Assembly (NCBI GenBank): GCA_016699105.1
Contig: CP064960.1
Span: 593,034-657,033 of the forward strand
DNA length: 64,000 bases
From: a bacterium
GTDB taxonomy: Bacteria > Patescibacteriota > Saccharimonadia > UBA4664
Reading direction: 5' to 3'
The first letter of the stretch is position 1; every line of letters begins with the position of its first letter. The position numbers and the translations under genes were made by a program. Below are positions 39,243-48,412 of this stretch, piece after piece. The notes under the pieces are model-generated. The model had not been told where the DNA came from. It saw only the letters and a program-made list of their open reading frames with translations, and did not search any database.

Positions 39243-40467
39243 AACGTTTCGCTTTATTGATGTAGTTTGGCAAGAATCGACAAGATCCGTCGTCATGCGC
39301 TATGGGTTGGATGATGAGATCATATTTAAGGATACCGTTGTATTCGAGTTTGATCTCAGTTCAAAATTCAACCGTGAATTGCTCGAGCGCGCCATGCGCA
39401 GCTTATGGCTGGTCAATGGAGTTTCATACTACAAAGCGGCTCTGACTCCGAAGATTGATGCGCAAGCGGCTCATTTGACCGCGGCAGAAGCCGAGTTTTT
39501 GTCGACTACCTACCGGCTGGGGCTGGGGCAACTGTGCTATGAACACAAACTTCCTCTCGATAGAGTTGCAGTTTTTAAGCCGATTATAGGCGCAGTTGCA
39601 ACTCCAGTGGCGGCAACTGGGTTGAGCGGAAGTGTCGTGGGATTGGGCGGTGGCAAAGATTCGCTCGTGACGACCACCATACTCGAAAAAATGGGGGAGG
39701 AGTTTGTCACATTTAGTGCCACCTACATGCCGGAAGAAAATGGAGCTTTAGCTCAGTTGGCAGAAGTCATTGGCAAGCCCCATCTGGTGATTCGGCGGCG
39801 ATTCGACCCGCAGTTGGCGCAGCTCAACCGCGATGGCGCCTACAATGGTCATGTGCCAGTGACGGCGATCATTACGCTGATCGGCTTAGTCGCTGCCATC
39901 TTGACTGGGCGGAGGCAAGTAATCATGAGCAATGAGGCTTCTGCGGGAGAAGGCAATGTCGAATGGGATGGTGTCATGGTTAACCATCAGTATTCCAAAA
40001 CACTGGCCTATGAACGACTTTTGAGTGAGCATATAACGAGCAGTGTTTCGCCCGACTTGCAGGTATTCTCATTATTGAGGCCACTCGGTGAGTTGCAAAT
40101 CGCCAAATTATTTGCGGCTGGACCAATGCAGCGTTACCAGGGACTATATTCGTCGTGTAATCGTAATTTCAAAGCGGATGCCGGCGCATTTGGTTGGTGC
40201 GGTGAGTGCTCGAAATGTGCATTTGTGTATTTGATCTTGTCTCCATTTGTATCAAAGAAAGATTTGCGAATGGTCTTTGGTGCCGATTTATTGACTCTGC
40301 CCGCCTTGCAAACTACATTTCGTGAGCTATTTGGTATTAGTGGTCACAAACCTTTCGAATGCGTGGGTGAGATTGCGAATGCCGCGCGGCAGCAACGCAA
40401 GCATTTAAGTCGGGCGATTATCCGGAACTCGCCGATTTTCAAGTACCGGCTACTGATTTCGACATGA
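39229..40467 (+). CDS. PP-loop (adenine-nucleotide alpha-hydrolase superfamily) ATP pyrophosphatase-like protein with C-terminal Cys cluster; translationally coupled to murD
   Basis: PP-loop VVGLGGGKDS at about residue 140. C-terminal GWCGECSKCAFVYL (QueC-like Cys motif). 130-aa N-terminal domain of unknown type. Overlaps murD by 14 nt. Confidence 0.5.
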   Translation: MKQYKTFRFIDVVWQESTRSVVMRYGLDDEIIFKDTVVFEFDLSSKFNRELLERAMRSLWLVNGVSYYKAALTPKIDAQAAHLTAAEAEFLSTTYRLGLGQLCYEHKLPLDRVAVFKPIIGAVATPVAATGLSGSVVGLGGGKDSLVTTTILEKMGEEFVTFSATYMPEENGALAQLAEVIGKPHLVIRRRFDPQLAQLNRDGAYNGHVPVTAIITLIGLVAAILTGRRQVIMSNEASAGEGNVEWDGVMVNHQYSKTLAYERLLSEHITSSVSPDLQVFSLLRPLGELQIAKLFAAGPMQRYQGLYSSCNRNFKADAGAFGWCGECSKCAFVYLILSPFVSKKDLRMVFGADLLTLPALQTTFRELFGISGHKPFECVGEIANAARQQRKHLSRAIIRNSPIFKYRLLIST

Positions 40468-40528
40468 AGCAATGGCACGATCATCTATTACCAGAACGCT
40501 ATGAAGCTGCCCTAAAAGTAGCGTTTGC

Positions 40529-41812
40529 ATGAAACATACAATTAGCCAACACAACTTATCTTCAGGAGCCAAAGGCTTATTGGTCGAGGTGCCCGGCAGC
40601 CAGGTTATTGATCTAGAGGTACGATTTAACTCGGGTTATGTTTTTGGCGGTAGAGATCGGTATGAAACGCCGCATGTGTTAGAGCACTTGCTAGCTACAA
40701 CCAGTGCCAAATATCCGAAATCGAACCAATTTATGATTGAGGCATCGAAAAACGGGGCTTATGTAAATGCCTATACGACGGCCAGGTCAAACGGTTACAC
40801 CTATGAATTGGCCGAGTTTGAACTCGACCGCATGCTTGATTTGGTCGAAGAACAACTGGCTCGACCCCTGTTTACCCGAGAACATTTAACGGCAGAACTT
40901 GGCAATGTCAAAGAAGAACTGTCACGAAACACAACACAACCGGCGGCTGTGTGTGCCTTGTCGTTGGCCGCTGCAACTCAACCTGACCAATATCAGTATT
41001 ATGACGATCGCATCGATCAATTGGCCGATATTAGCTTGGTTGACATTCAGAAGCACTTTAGTGCGACACATGCGGCGGCAAACGCGCGTTTTTTTGTCGG
41101 TGGGGCTTTGCGCGGACGGTCAAACGAAATACTCGAGCGATTAGAGAAGCTGTTTCGTGAGGTCCCAGAAGGCCAGCGGTTACAACACAAAGCAAGTCCA
41201 GTGAAACCAGGTCTATCGGTGGTACAAGTTCAGCGCGATATCAACCAGCTGTATTACCGGCTTGAGCGGCAATTACCAGAGCAGTCATGGCAGAATCGTC
41301 GTGCCTTGGCGGTATTGCGGTCTATTTTGGTTGGGACCATGGGTTCACGCATTTTAGGAGCTGCTCGAACTCGAGGTTTGGCCTATACGGTGGGAGCTGC
41401 TAATCAAACCGAACCTGGTTTGAGTGTATTTAGTTTCCAGGGTTTCGTGACTGTTGATAACTCTGTAGCACTGTTTGAATTGATTGCTGATCAGATACAA
41501 CGAGTGGCTCATAATGGCGTGACGGCTGATGAAGTGGCGGTGGCAACCCAATTTATGATCGGTAGTGTCCTGCGTAGTACGCAAACGGTCGGTGATGTCC
41601 TTGGATGGTATGTGGATAACTATGACGGCTGGGAAGAAATCAAAGACATGCAACAAGAAATTGTGGCTCTGCGGGCGGTTTCACCAGATGAAGTTCAGGA
41701 AGCAGCTCGGACATTATTAGCAGATGGTAACTTTGCCTGGAGCTTAGTGGGGCCAACAAAAAATACCTTAACAAGCACCCTACAGCAGGCATTAGGGGAG
41801 TGGGCAATCTAG
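40529..41812 (+). CDS. M16-family (insulinase/pitrilysin-like) zinc peptidase
   Basis: Inverted zinc motif HVLEHLL (HxxEH). Confidence 0.7.
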   Translation: MKHTISQHNLSSGAKGLLVEVPGSQVIDLEVRFNSGYVFGGRDRYETPHVLEHLLATTSAKYPKSNQFMIEASKNGAYVNAYTTARSNGYTYELAEFELDRMLDLVEEQLARPLFTREHLTAELGNVKEELSRNTTQPAAVCALSLAAATQPDQYQYYDDRIDQLADISLVDIQKHFSATHAAANARFFVGGALRGRSNEILERLEKLFREVPEGQRLQHKASPVKPGLSVVQVQRDINQLYYRLERQLPEQSWQNRRALAVLRSILVGTMGSRILGAARTRGLAYTVGAANQTEPGLSVFSFQGFVTVDNSVALFELIADQIQRVAHNGVTADEVAVATQFMIGSVLRSTQTVGDVLGWYVDNYDGWEEIKDMQQEIVALRAVSPDEVQEAARTLLADGNFAWSLVGPTKNTLTSTLQQALGEWAI

Positions 41813-41984
41813 TTACATGTGTTAGAAATTATTGACACAATCATTCATCTGTGTTAACTTGTTTAATGTAACTTGGCACTCGGATAGGTATTGATAACGT
41901 GTCGGTGGTTGATATGTGCCGCCCATGTATCGCCGCCGGCACGGTATTCGTACCCGTCCGAATTGTGTAATTGACGCCATAGTT

Positions 41985-42016
41985 TACAAGACTCCCTCTT
42001 ACGAGGGAGTCTTGTA
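41985..42016 (+). terminator. Strong stem-loop (14-bp perfect stem TACAAGACTCCCTC-ttac-GAGGGAGTCTTGTA) downstream of the M16 peptidase gene and upstream of mraZ
   Basis: Seen in sequence. The downstream tract cgUUgUacgggUcgUgUUUgUgg is only moderately U-rich. Confidence 0.5.
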
Positions 42017-42056
42017 CGTTGTACGGGTCGTGTTTGTGGATAAGATAATGCTAGAC

Positions 42057-42104
42057 AGTGGGTAAGTAGCCAGCATATACTGAATCCAGTGGGTTGCAGT
42101 GGGT
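42057..42104 (+). promoter_or_regulatory. Putative MraZ operator: three direct repeats AGTGGGT (42057, 42088, 42098), the last two exactly 10 bp apart, about 30-70 bp upstream of mraZ
   Basis: Repeats seen in sequence. MraZ proteins are known to bind direct (T)GGGN-type repeats in the mraZ/dcw promoter region. A perfect DnaA-box-like TGTGGATAA also sits at about 42033-42041. Confidence 0.5.
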
Positions 42105-42131
42105 AGCGAACCTGACGGTAAATATCACAAT

Positions 42132-42490
42132 ATGGATTATTTTGAACGCAAACTCGACGACAAAAACCGCCTGACTATTCCGGCAGAATTGCGACACGAG
42201 TTTGAAGCGGGCAATGTGATAATTACTCGAGGCTTCGCCAACTACCTGCATCTGTACACTGAAAAACTTGGAATGAGGCAATGGAACCGGCGCTCAAAGG
42301 CAATATACTCGACGAGCGTACGGCCGATCTGAACGTCCAGTTTCGGACGGGTAAAACAGCTAGCCATCTCGACGCCAAACAAGGGCGGATTGTGGTGGAA
42401 CAGCACTTGCTCGACTATGCCGGCATTGACCGCGACATCGTGGCGGTGCGGGCAGGCAGCTACTGGCGCCTCATGGCCAAAACCCACTAA
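42132..42490 (+). CDS. mraZ: Transcriptional regulator MraZ, split by a single-base deletion in an A-run (42263-42267)
   Basis: First repeat MDYFERKLDDKNRLTIPAELRHEF...NVIITRG, second repeat DAKQGRIVVEQHLLDYAGIDRDIVAVRAGSYWRL. Adding one A joins LHLYTEK|TWNEAMEPALKG. Confidence 0.8.
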
Positions 42491-42847
42491 TTTCTTTGGT
42501 TTATTTATCAAAATAAAGAACCTTCAAAACCAAAACAAACATTTCAAGAGCAGCTACTTGGCAGTCAACAAATCGGACCCAAAGGCGGCCGATCCCAAAA
42601 CAGCCTGGTACCTTTCGTCTCGTAAAAACTCCACCTCACAACACACTCTTTTGAAAGGAATTATTTTACCTGCAAAATGCTTATGCATTACGGTAGGCGA
42701 GTAATTCCTTATCTCACATGCGTATGCCTCACTCGCACAGTTAGGCATACTGCGAACTCAAATCACTCACTGGTTTACCAGTGACGAAAACCAAAAAAAC
42801 CAAAAAACAAAACGTTGACTGCTAAGTAGTTGAGCTCGAAAATAAAA

Positions 42848-42874
42848 AATAACCCGCATAACATGCGGGTTATT
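42848..42874 (+). other. Perfect 12-bp hairpin AATAACCCGCAT-aac-ATGCGGGTTATT in the rsmH 5' region, at the end of a 400-nt A-rich mraZ-rsmH intergenic region
   Basis: Seen in sequence. No U-tract. It lies inside the N-terminal extension of the ORF-track rsmH ORF, which argues the real start is the downstream Met. Confidence 0.45.
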
Positions 42875-42901
42875 GAGTATGTAACGTATATAATGATTTC
42901 G

Positions 42902-43828
42902 ATGACGAATCTGCATACGCCCGTATTACTCAATCAAGTCTTAGAAATATTAGATCCACAAGTGGGTCAGAAATATTTGGATGCAACGGCTGGACTGGGT
43001 GGACACGCCCAGGCAATCCTCGAACGGACTCAATCGCCACAAGAGGCAGTGCTGGTTGATCAAGACGCCACGGCCATAGCGGTATTGGAGGAGAAATTTC
43101 CACAGGCGACAGTTGTACAGACGGATTTTGCTTCGGCGGCACAGTCGTTGCTCGATGAAGGTCGACAGTTTGATTTGATACTCATGGACTTGGGGGTATC
43201 GTCGCCGCAACTAGATCGGGCGGAGAGGGGATTTAGCTTCCGGTACGAGGGACCACTTGATATGCGCATGGACCAGACAGCAGAACTGTCGGCCGATCAA
43301 GTGGTTAATACTTATACACAGGTAGAACTCGAGCGGATACTGTATGAATTTGGCGAAGAGCCACGGGCTCGGGCGGTCGCGGCCGCAATTGTAGCAGCGC
43401 GACCCCTGCGGACAACTCAAGAGTTGGCTGCGGTTGTACGCCGAGCCGCGTTTCGACCCAAAGAAATTGATGCAGCCACCAAGACTTTTCAGGCGATTAG
43501 ACTTGCTGTAAATAATGAACTAGACACGCTTGCACAAACTGTGCCGCTTATGGTAGAGTTGCTAGTACCAGGCGGAAAGCTGGTTATCATAAGCTTTCAC
43601 TCCCTGGAGGATCGAATCGTTAAACTGTACTTTGACCGAGAAACGAAATCCTGCATCTGCCCACCGAAACAGCCGATCTGTACGTGTGAGCACCAACCAA
43701 CACTGGAAAAAATTACCAGGAAACCATTGGTAGCGGATGCATCTGAAATAGCTTTCAATCCACGAGCCCGTAGCGCAAAGCTGCGAGCCGTCGAAAAAAT
43801 AAACAAAAACAAAAGGAGGGACAGCTAA
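42902..43828 (+). CDS. rsmH: 16S rRNA (cytosine1402-N4)-methyltransferase RsmH/MraW
   Basis: HTPVLLNQVLEILDP...YLDATAGLGGHAQAIL SAM motif. A TATATAAT box sits 7 nt upstream of the ATG at 42902. Confidence 0.85.
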   Translation: MTNLHTPVLLNQVLEILDPQVGQKYLDATAGLGGHAQAILERTQSPQEAVLVDQDATAIAVLEEKFPQATVVQTDFASAAQSLLDEGRQFDLILMDLGVSSPQLDRAERGFSFRYEGPLDMRMDQTAELSADQVVNTYTQVELERILYEFGEEPRARAVAAAIVAARPLRTTQELAAVVRRAAFRPKEIDAATKTFQAIRLAVNNELDTLAQTVPLMVELLVPGGKLVIISFHSLEDRIVKLYFDRETKSCICPPKQPICTCEHQPTLEKITRKPLVADASEIAFNPRARSAKLRAVEKINKNKRRDS

Positions 43829-44027
43829 TGTCTGTCACCATTCGCCAGCTTGGAAAGAAACAAGCTCAAAAAGTGCTAGTACGCGTACGGGTTTCGTAAA
43901 CCTGTTGCGCTATTTGGTGTGTGGCCGTCAAGAACTGATTAATACAAAAAATTATTAATCGATTCATTCGGCGGCCACCACCGGCTCTATATTAAAATAA
44001 ATAAAAACAAAATAAAGGAGACGCGCT

Positions 44028-44348
44028 TTGTCATCTGCGGTTGTAACAGCGCGGCGAAACCAGAATTTGTACCGGCAACCGGCGACGGTGGTACTGGGTC
44101 CGACATCGGCTACTTTTGTCGTAGTAGCGATAGTTGGGGTGTTGGCTTTGCTTTACTTACATCAAATTACTAAGACAGGAGCCCTGGGATATAAAGTTAC
44201 CGATTTGGCAAGAACTCGTGACGCTGTGGCTGCTCAGAAACAAGACTTGAGTGTCGAAGCTGCCAGGTTGCAGTCAATCGCCGCAACCAAGTCGTCACCA
44301 GTGGCAGCTGGAATGGTGCCTCAAGCTCAGGTATCGTATGCCAAGTGA
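44028..44348 (+). CDS. ftsL: Cell division protein FtsL (bitopic, coiled-coil)
   Basis: 106 aa with a single TM (FVVVAIVGVLALLYL) followed by a coiled-coil. TTG start with AAGGAG RBS. Sits between rsmH and ftsI. Confidence 0.65.
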   Translation: MSSAVVTARRNQNLYRQPATVVLGPTSATFVVVAIVGVLALLYLHQITKTGALGYKVTDLARTRDAVAAQKQDLSVEAARLQSIAATKSSPVAAGMVPQAQVSYAK

Positions 44349-46091
44349 CACCCATTCGTGAAGGACTAATTTGGAGAGGGCGCTTACGGTACCTGCAATT
44401 TGGCACCGTGGTACTAGCGGGCGTACTCATTGGCCGGTTGGGTTATTTGCAAATTGTGCAGCATGATAAATATCAAGCACAAGCGGCTGAAGAGCATACC
44501 CGTAAGTACCAAATTCCTTCAACGAGGGGTGAAATCTATGCCTATGATGGCTCCACAGTCGTGCCGCTGGTTTTAAACCAGACCATGCATTTATTGTATG
44601 TTGATCCTCGTTACGTGGATGACCGCGATGGTGTGGCCGCAAAATTGGCTGAAGTTACCGGAGCTAAGGCCGCTGATTATCGCTCGCGTATTGATAAGGG
44701 TATCGAATACGCTATCTTGGAGCGTCGCATTAGCAATGATATTGCGACCAAGGTTCGAGAGCTGGGTATAAAGGCGTTGGATTGACGCCGACTGCTTACC
44801 GGACCTATCCCGAAAGCAGCTTGGCAGCTCAAGTGTTGGGATTTGTAAACGCTGATGGTATCGGTCAATACGGTATTGAAGGCTTTTAAACGAACAATTA
44901 GCTGGACAGCCGGGACAATTGGCGGCTAAGACTGATACGAGAGGCATACCAATAGCTACTGCTGATAACATAGTCAAACCGCCGCAAAACGGTATCAATT
45001 ATGCACTGACTATCGATCGCAATATTCAAGCCATGGCTGAGCAACGCTTAGCTGAACAGATAACTGCGGTCAAAGCTAAATCCGGAAGCATTATTATTAT
45101 GGATACCGATGGGGCCGTGCGGGCGATGGCTAATTTCCCGACATTTGATCCCAACGCATATTCGTCGGTTACTGATTACAGTGTTTTTATGAATCAAACG
45201 GTGAGCAGCCAATTTGAACCTGGTTCGGGCATGAAAGCCTTTGCTATGGCTATTGGTCTGGATCAGCAAAAGATTACGCCCGATACGACCTATGATGACA
45301 CGGGATCGGTTAAAGTGGCTGATAAAGTGATTAATAACGCCGAAGGCGACAAGCCTGGTGCTGGTAAGTCGATGACGGTCGTACTGCGAGACTCGCTCAA
45401 TACCGGAATGGTATTCGTGCTCAAGATGATTGGTGGCAATGCTGATGCAATTACATCGACTGGTAAGAAATTAGTCTACGAGTATTACACCAAGCATTTT
45501 GGATTTGGGGAGCGCACTGGTATTGAACAAGCAGCTGAGGCTGCTGGATCGCTGCCACCAGCCAATCGTGATGATGTGACCTATGCCAACATGGTATTTG
45601 GGCAAGGTTTGAGTGTCACCATGATTCAAATGACCACAGCTATGGCTGCCATTGCCAATGGGGGCACGTTATATCAACCCCGGTTGGTAGCGGGCGAGGT
45701 CAAAGCTGACGGATCGGTGCTGCCGACTTCATCCAAAATCTTACGGTCCTCGGTCATCAGCCAAAAAACGGCTCAAGATCTAGGTACAATGCTCCAAGTA
45801 GTAGTGCAACGCGGAAGTGGTTACCGGGCTGGGCAAATGAATCCTGGGTATAAGATTGCCGGTAAAACCGGTACGGCGCAAATTCCCCGGCCAGACGGCA
45901 AAGGCTACATTGACGGCGCCAATATTGGATCATTTGTCGGCTATGCGCCAGCTGATAACCCCCGATTTGTCGTCATGGTGCGGATTAACGAGCCGGGTGT
46001 GCCCGGATTTGCCGAGACCACTACCGTGCCCGTTTTTGGCGATGTCTGTAAGTGGTTGTTTAAGTATTACGCCATTGCGCCGACAAGCTAG
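44345..46091 (+). CDS. ftsI: Septal peptidoglycan transpeptidase (class B PBP, FtsI-like), split into three ORFs by two single-base deletions (G-run ~44773; T-run ~44884-44887)
   Basis: Continuous reading VRELGIK|GVGLTPTAYRTYPESSLAAQVLGF...GIEG|FLNEQLAGQPGQLAAKTDTRG... Transpeptidase boxes SxN (SLN) and KTGTA are present. Confidence 0.8.
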
Positions 46092-46122
46092 TGAATATTT
46101 TGTTAAAATACCAAGGTAACCT

Positions 46123-47184
46123 ATGAACTTTTCTGATTTTTGGCCGACCAATTTCATCCACGCTCAAGAAGTGACCTCGTTGTCGCGCCTGGGTATGATG
46201 GCGTTTGGCGCATTCGTGTTGTCGATGCTCCTGGTCCCGGTCTATACCAAGCTAGCGTTCAAATACAAATTGTGGAAACAGCCTCGATCAACAGCTATCA
46301 CGGGTGAGGCGGCTCCGGTGTATCAACGACTCCATGCCGCAAAGCACCAACGCAATATTCCAACCATGGGTGGCGCAGTGCTGATATTAGCCGTTGCGGT
46401 GATAACGTTGTTACTTAACCTATCGCGTAATCAAACCTATCTGCCGTTGGCTGTGTTTGTGGCCGCAGGTCTTGTAGGGTTGTTTGACGACTATCTCAAT
46501 ATTCGGTCGGAAGGGCTGGGTATTGCCGGCATGCGCGGCAAAATTAAATTTAGCTTGATATTTGGTATCGCCTTATTGGGCGCATTGTATTTTTACTACA
46601 AATTGGGCTACAACATGATTCATGTGCCGGCAGTTGGTGACTTTACTATCGGCTGGCTCTATATTCCGCTCTTTATTGCCGTGGTGGTATCGACAGCCAA
46701 TGCCGTCAATATAACCGATGGATTGGACGGTCTGTCGGGTGGATTGTTGTCTACGGCATTCTCGATATTTGCGGTCATCGCTTATTTTCAGGGAAGCTAT
46801 GGAATCGCGGGATTTTGTATGGCAATCGTAGGTGTACTGCTGACCTATACGTGGTTTAGTATTTATCCAATTCGTTTTTTCATGGGTGATAGTGGGGCGT
46901 TTGCCTTTGGTACGACGCTTGGTGTGATAGCAATGCTGACTAATAGTGTGTTTGTGTTACCGATTGTAGCGGCTGTATTTGTAGCCGAAGCCGGGTCGAG
47001 TGTGATCCAGATACTTTCGAAACGATTCTGGGGACGAAAAGTCTTTATATCGGCGCCGCTTCACCATCATTTGGAGGCTATCGGCTGGCCAGAAACCAAA
47101 GTGACAATGCGACTATGGGTGATTGGTCAGGTCGTAGGTGCACTTGGCTTAATTCTAGCGTTATTGGGCAATAGAGTACCATGA
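46123..47184 (+). CDS. mraY: Phospho-N-acetylmuramoyl-pentapeptide transferase MraY
   Basis: NAVNITDGLDGLSGG and the polytopic architecture. Confidence 0.9.
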   Translation: MNFSDFWPTNFIHAQEVTSLSRLGMMAFGAFVLSMLLVPVYTKLAFKYKLWKQPRSTAITGEAAPVYQRLHAAKHQRNIPTMGGAVLILAVAVITLLLNLSRNQTYLPLAVFVAAGLVGLFDDYLNIRSEGLGIAGMRGKIKFSLIFGIALLGALYFYYKLGYNMIHVPAVGDFTIGWLYIPLFIAVVVSTANAVNITDGLDGLSGGLLSTAFSIFAVIAYFQGSYGIAGFCMAIVGVLLTYTWFSIYPIRFFMGDSGAFAFGTTLGVIAMLTNSVFVLPIVAAVFVAEAGSSVIQILSKRFWGRKVFISAPLHHHLEAIGWPETKVTMRLWVIGQVVGALGLILALLGNRVP

Positions 47185-48412
47185 ACCAGTCTGAACAATT
47201 GCCAGCCCGGACGCATAAGCCTGATTATATTTTGGCGATTGCTGTCATAGTGCTATTGGTAGTTGGTTTGGTTGTCATGTACTCTATTAGCCCGATATTG
47301 AGCTATAAGCAGTTGGGCGACGTCGAAAGTAACCGCTTTTTCGGCAAGCAAGCCTTGGTGGCGTTAGGCGGTATCAGCGCATTGGTGCTAATGTCATATA
47401 TCCGCTATGATCGCTGGCGGCGCTGGGGTCAATGGGTTCTGTTGGCGGCTGGGGTTATGACTGTGGCTCTGCTAGTGCCCGGGTTGTCGCAACATACGAA
47501 TGGTGCCACACGCTGGCTCAATTTGGGACCGTTATCGATACAGCCAGCTGAGGTGTTGAAACTGGGAATTGTCTTATATTTGGCGTTGTGGCTGGAACGG
47601 CGTAAAGATGAACTCAAATCACTCGCCGACGGCATTATGCCTTTTTTGATTATGACTGGTGTAATTGGTTTTGCGGTGGTGGTGATGCAACGCGATATGG
47701 GTACTATGCTAGTACTTGGAGCAGTGATGTTGGGCATGTATTACGTCGCGGGTATGCGTCGGCGCCATTTACTCGCAGTTGTGGCGACTGCTGGTGTAGC
47801 GGGTTGGTTGGCTATTACTATGTTTCCCCATCGGATGGAACGAGTAGTGACATTTTTGAATCCTCGATGTGATGACCCTACATATGCCCTCAACGATTCA
47901 CATCATATTTGCCAAGCACTGCTTGGGGTGGGAAGTGGTGGATTCTTTGGCGTTGGGCTTGGGCACAGTATTCAGGTATATGGTTACCTACCCGAAGCGG
48001 CCAACGACTCGATATTTTCAGTGGTAGCGGAAGAGTTTGGATTAGTTGGGGCATCGCTCATTGTGGTGTTATTTATGGTGGTAGCATGGCGAAGTTTTGC
48101 GATTGCCCGGTGGGCGCCAGATATTTTGGAAGGCTAGTGTCGGTTGGTATTGGCTTGTGGCTAGTTACTCAAGCAGTTGTTAATATTGGCGCAATGCTAG
48201 CTTTGGTGCCATTGACCGGCATTCCATTACCTTTTATTTCATTTGGTGGGACCAACTTATTGGTATCATTAGTAGCAGTAGGCATTTTGCTGAATATTTC
48301 TAAATACACCGTTAGAGAGGGTAGTCATGAAAGTGGCTCTGAGCGGCGGCGGGTCGGCCGGGCACATAATGCCAGCGCTGGCCGTGTGCGACGCCTTACA
48401 ATCGCTCCATAA
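47181..48412 (+). CDS. ftsW: SEDS-family peptidoglycan glycosyltransferase FtsW, split by a single-base deletion in a T-run (48124-48127)
   Basis: C-terminal GIPLPFISFGGTNLL lies in the second frame. Adding one T joins ...APDIFGRLVSVGIGLWL. The end is uncertain; the current frame overlaps murG by ~85 nt. Confidence 0.75.

Noticed and set aside
42033-42041. Perfect DnaA-box (TGTGGATAA) as evidence for oriC
   Set aside because: Only a single box was found by eye, with no AT-rich DUE and no dnaA/dnaN nearby. More likely a regulatory DnaA site in the mraZ promoter than a replication origin. parAB at 3.9-5.7 kb have no obvious box cluster next to them either.
42390-42748. ORFs 42390..42704(+) and 42554..42748(-) in the mraZ-rsmH spacer
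   Set aside because: Low-complexity A-rich sequence, mutually overlapping, no RBS and no recognisable protein features. The region is more plausibly non-coding or regulatory.
48327-48412. 85-nt ftsW/murG overlap as a possible additional frameshift or fusion
   Set aside because: The FtsW C-terminal motif (GIPLPFISFGGTNLL) is complete before the overlap, and murG has a good RBS and N-terminus. The overlap may be a real run-on frame or an unresolved indel, but this cannot be decided from sequence alone.
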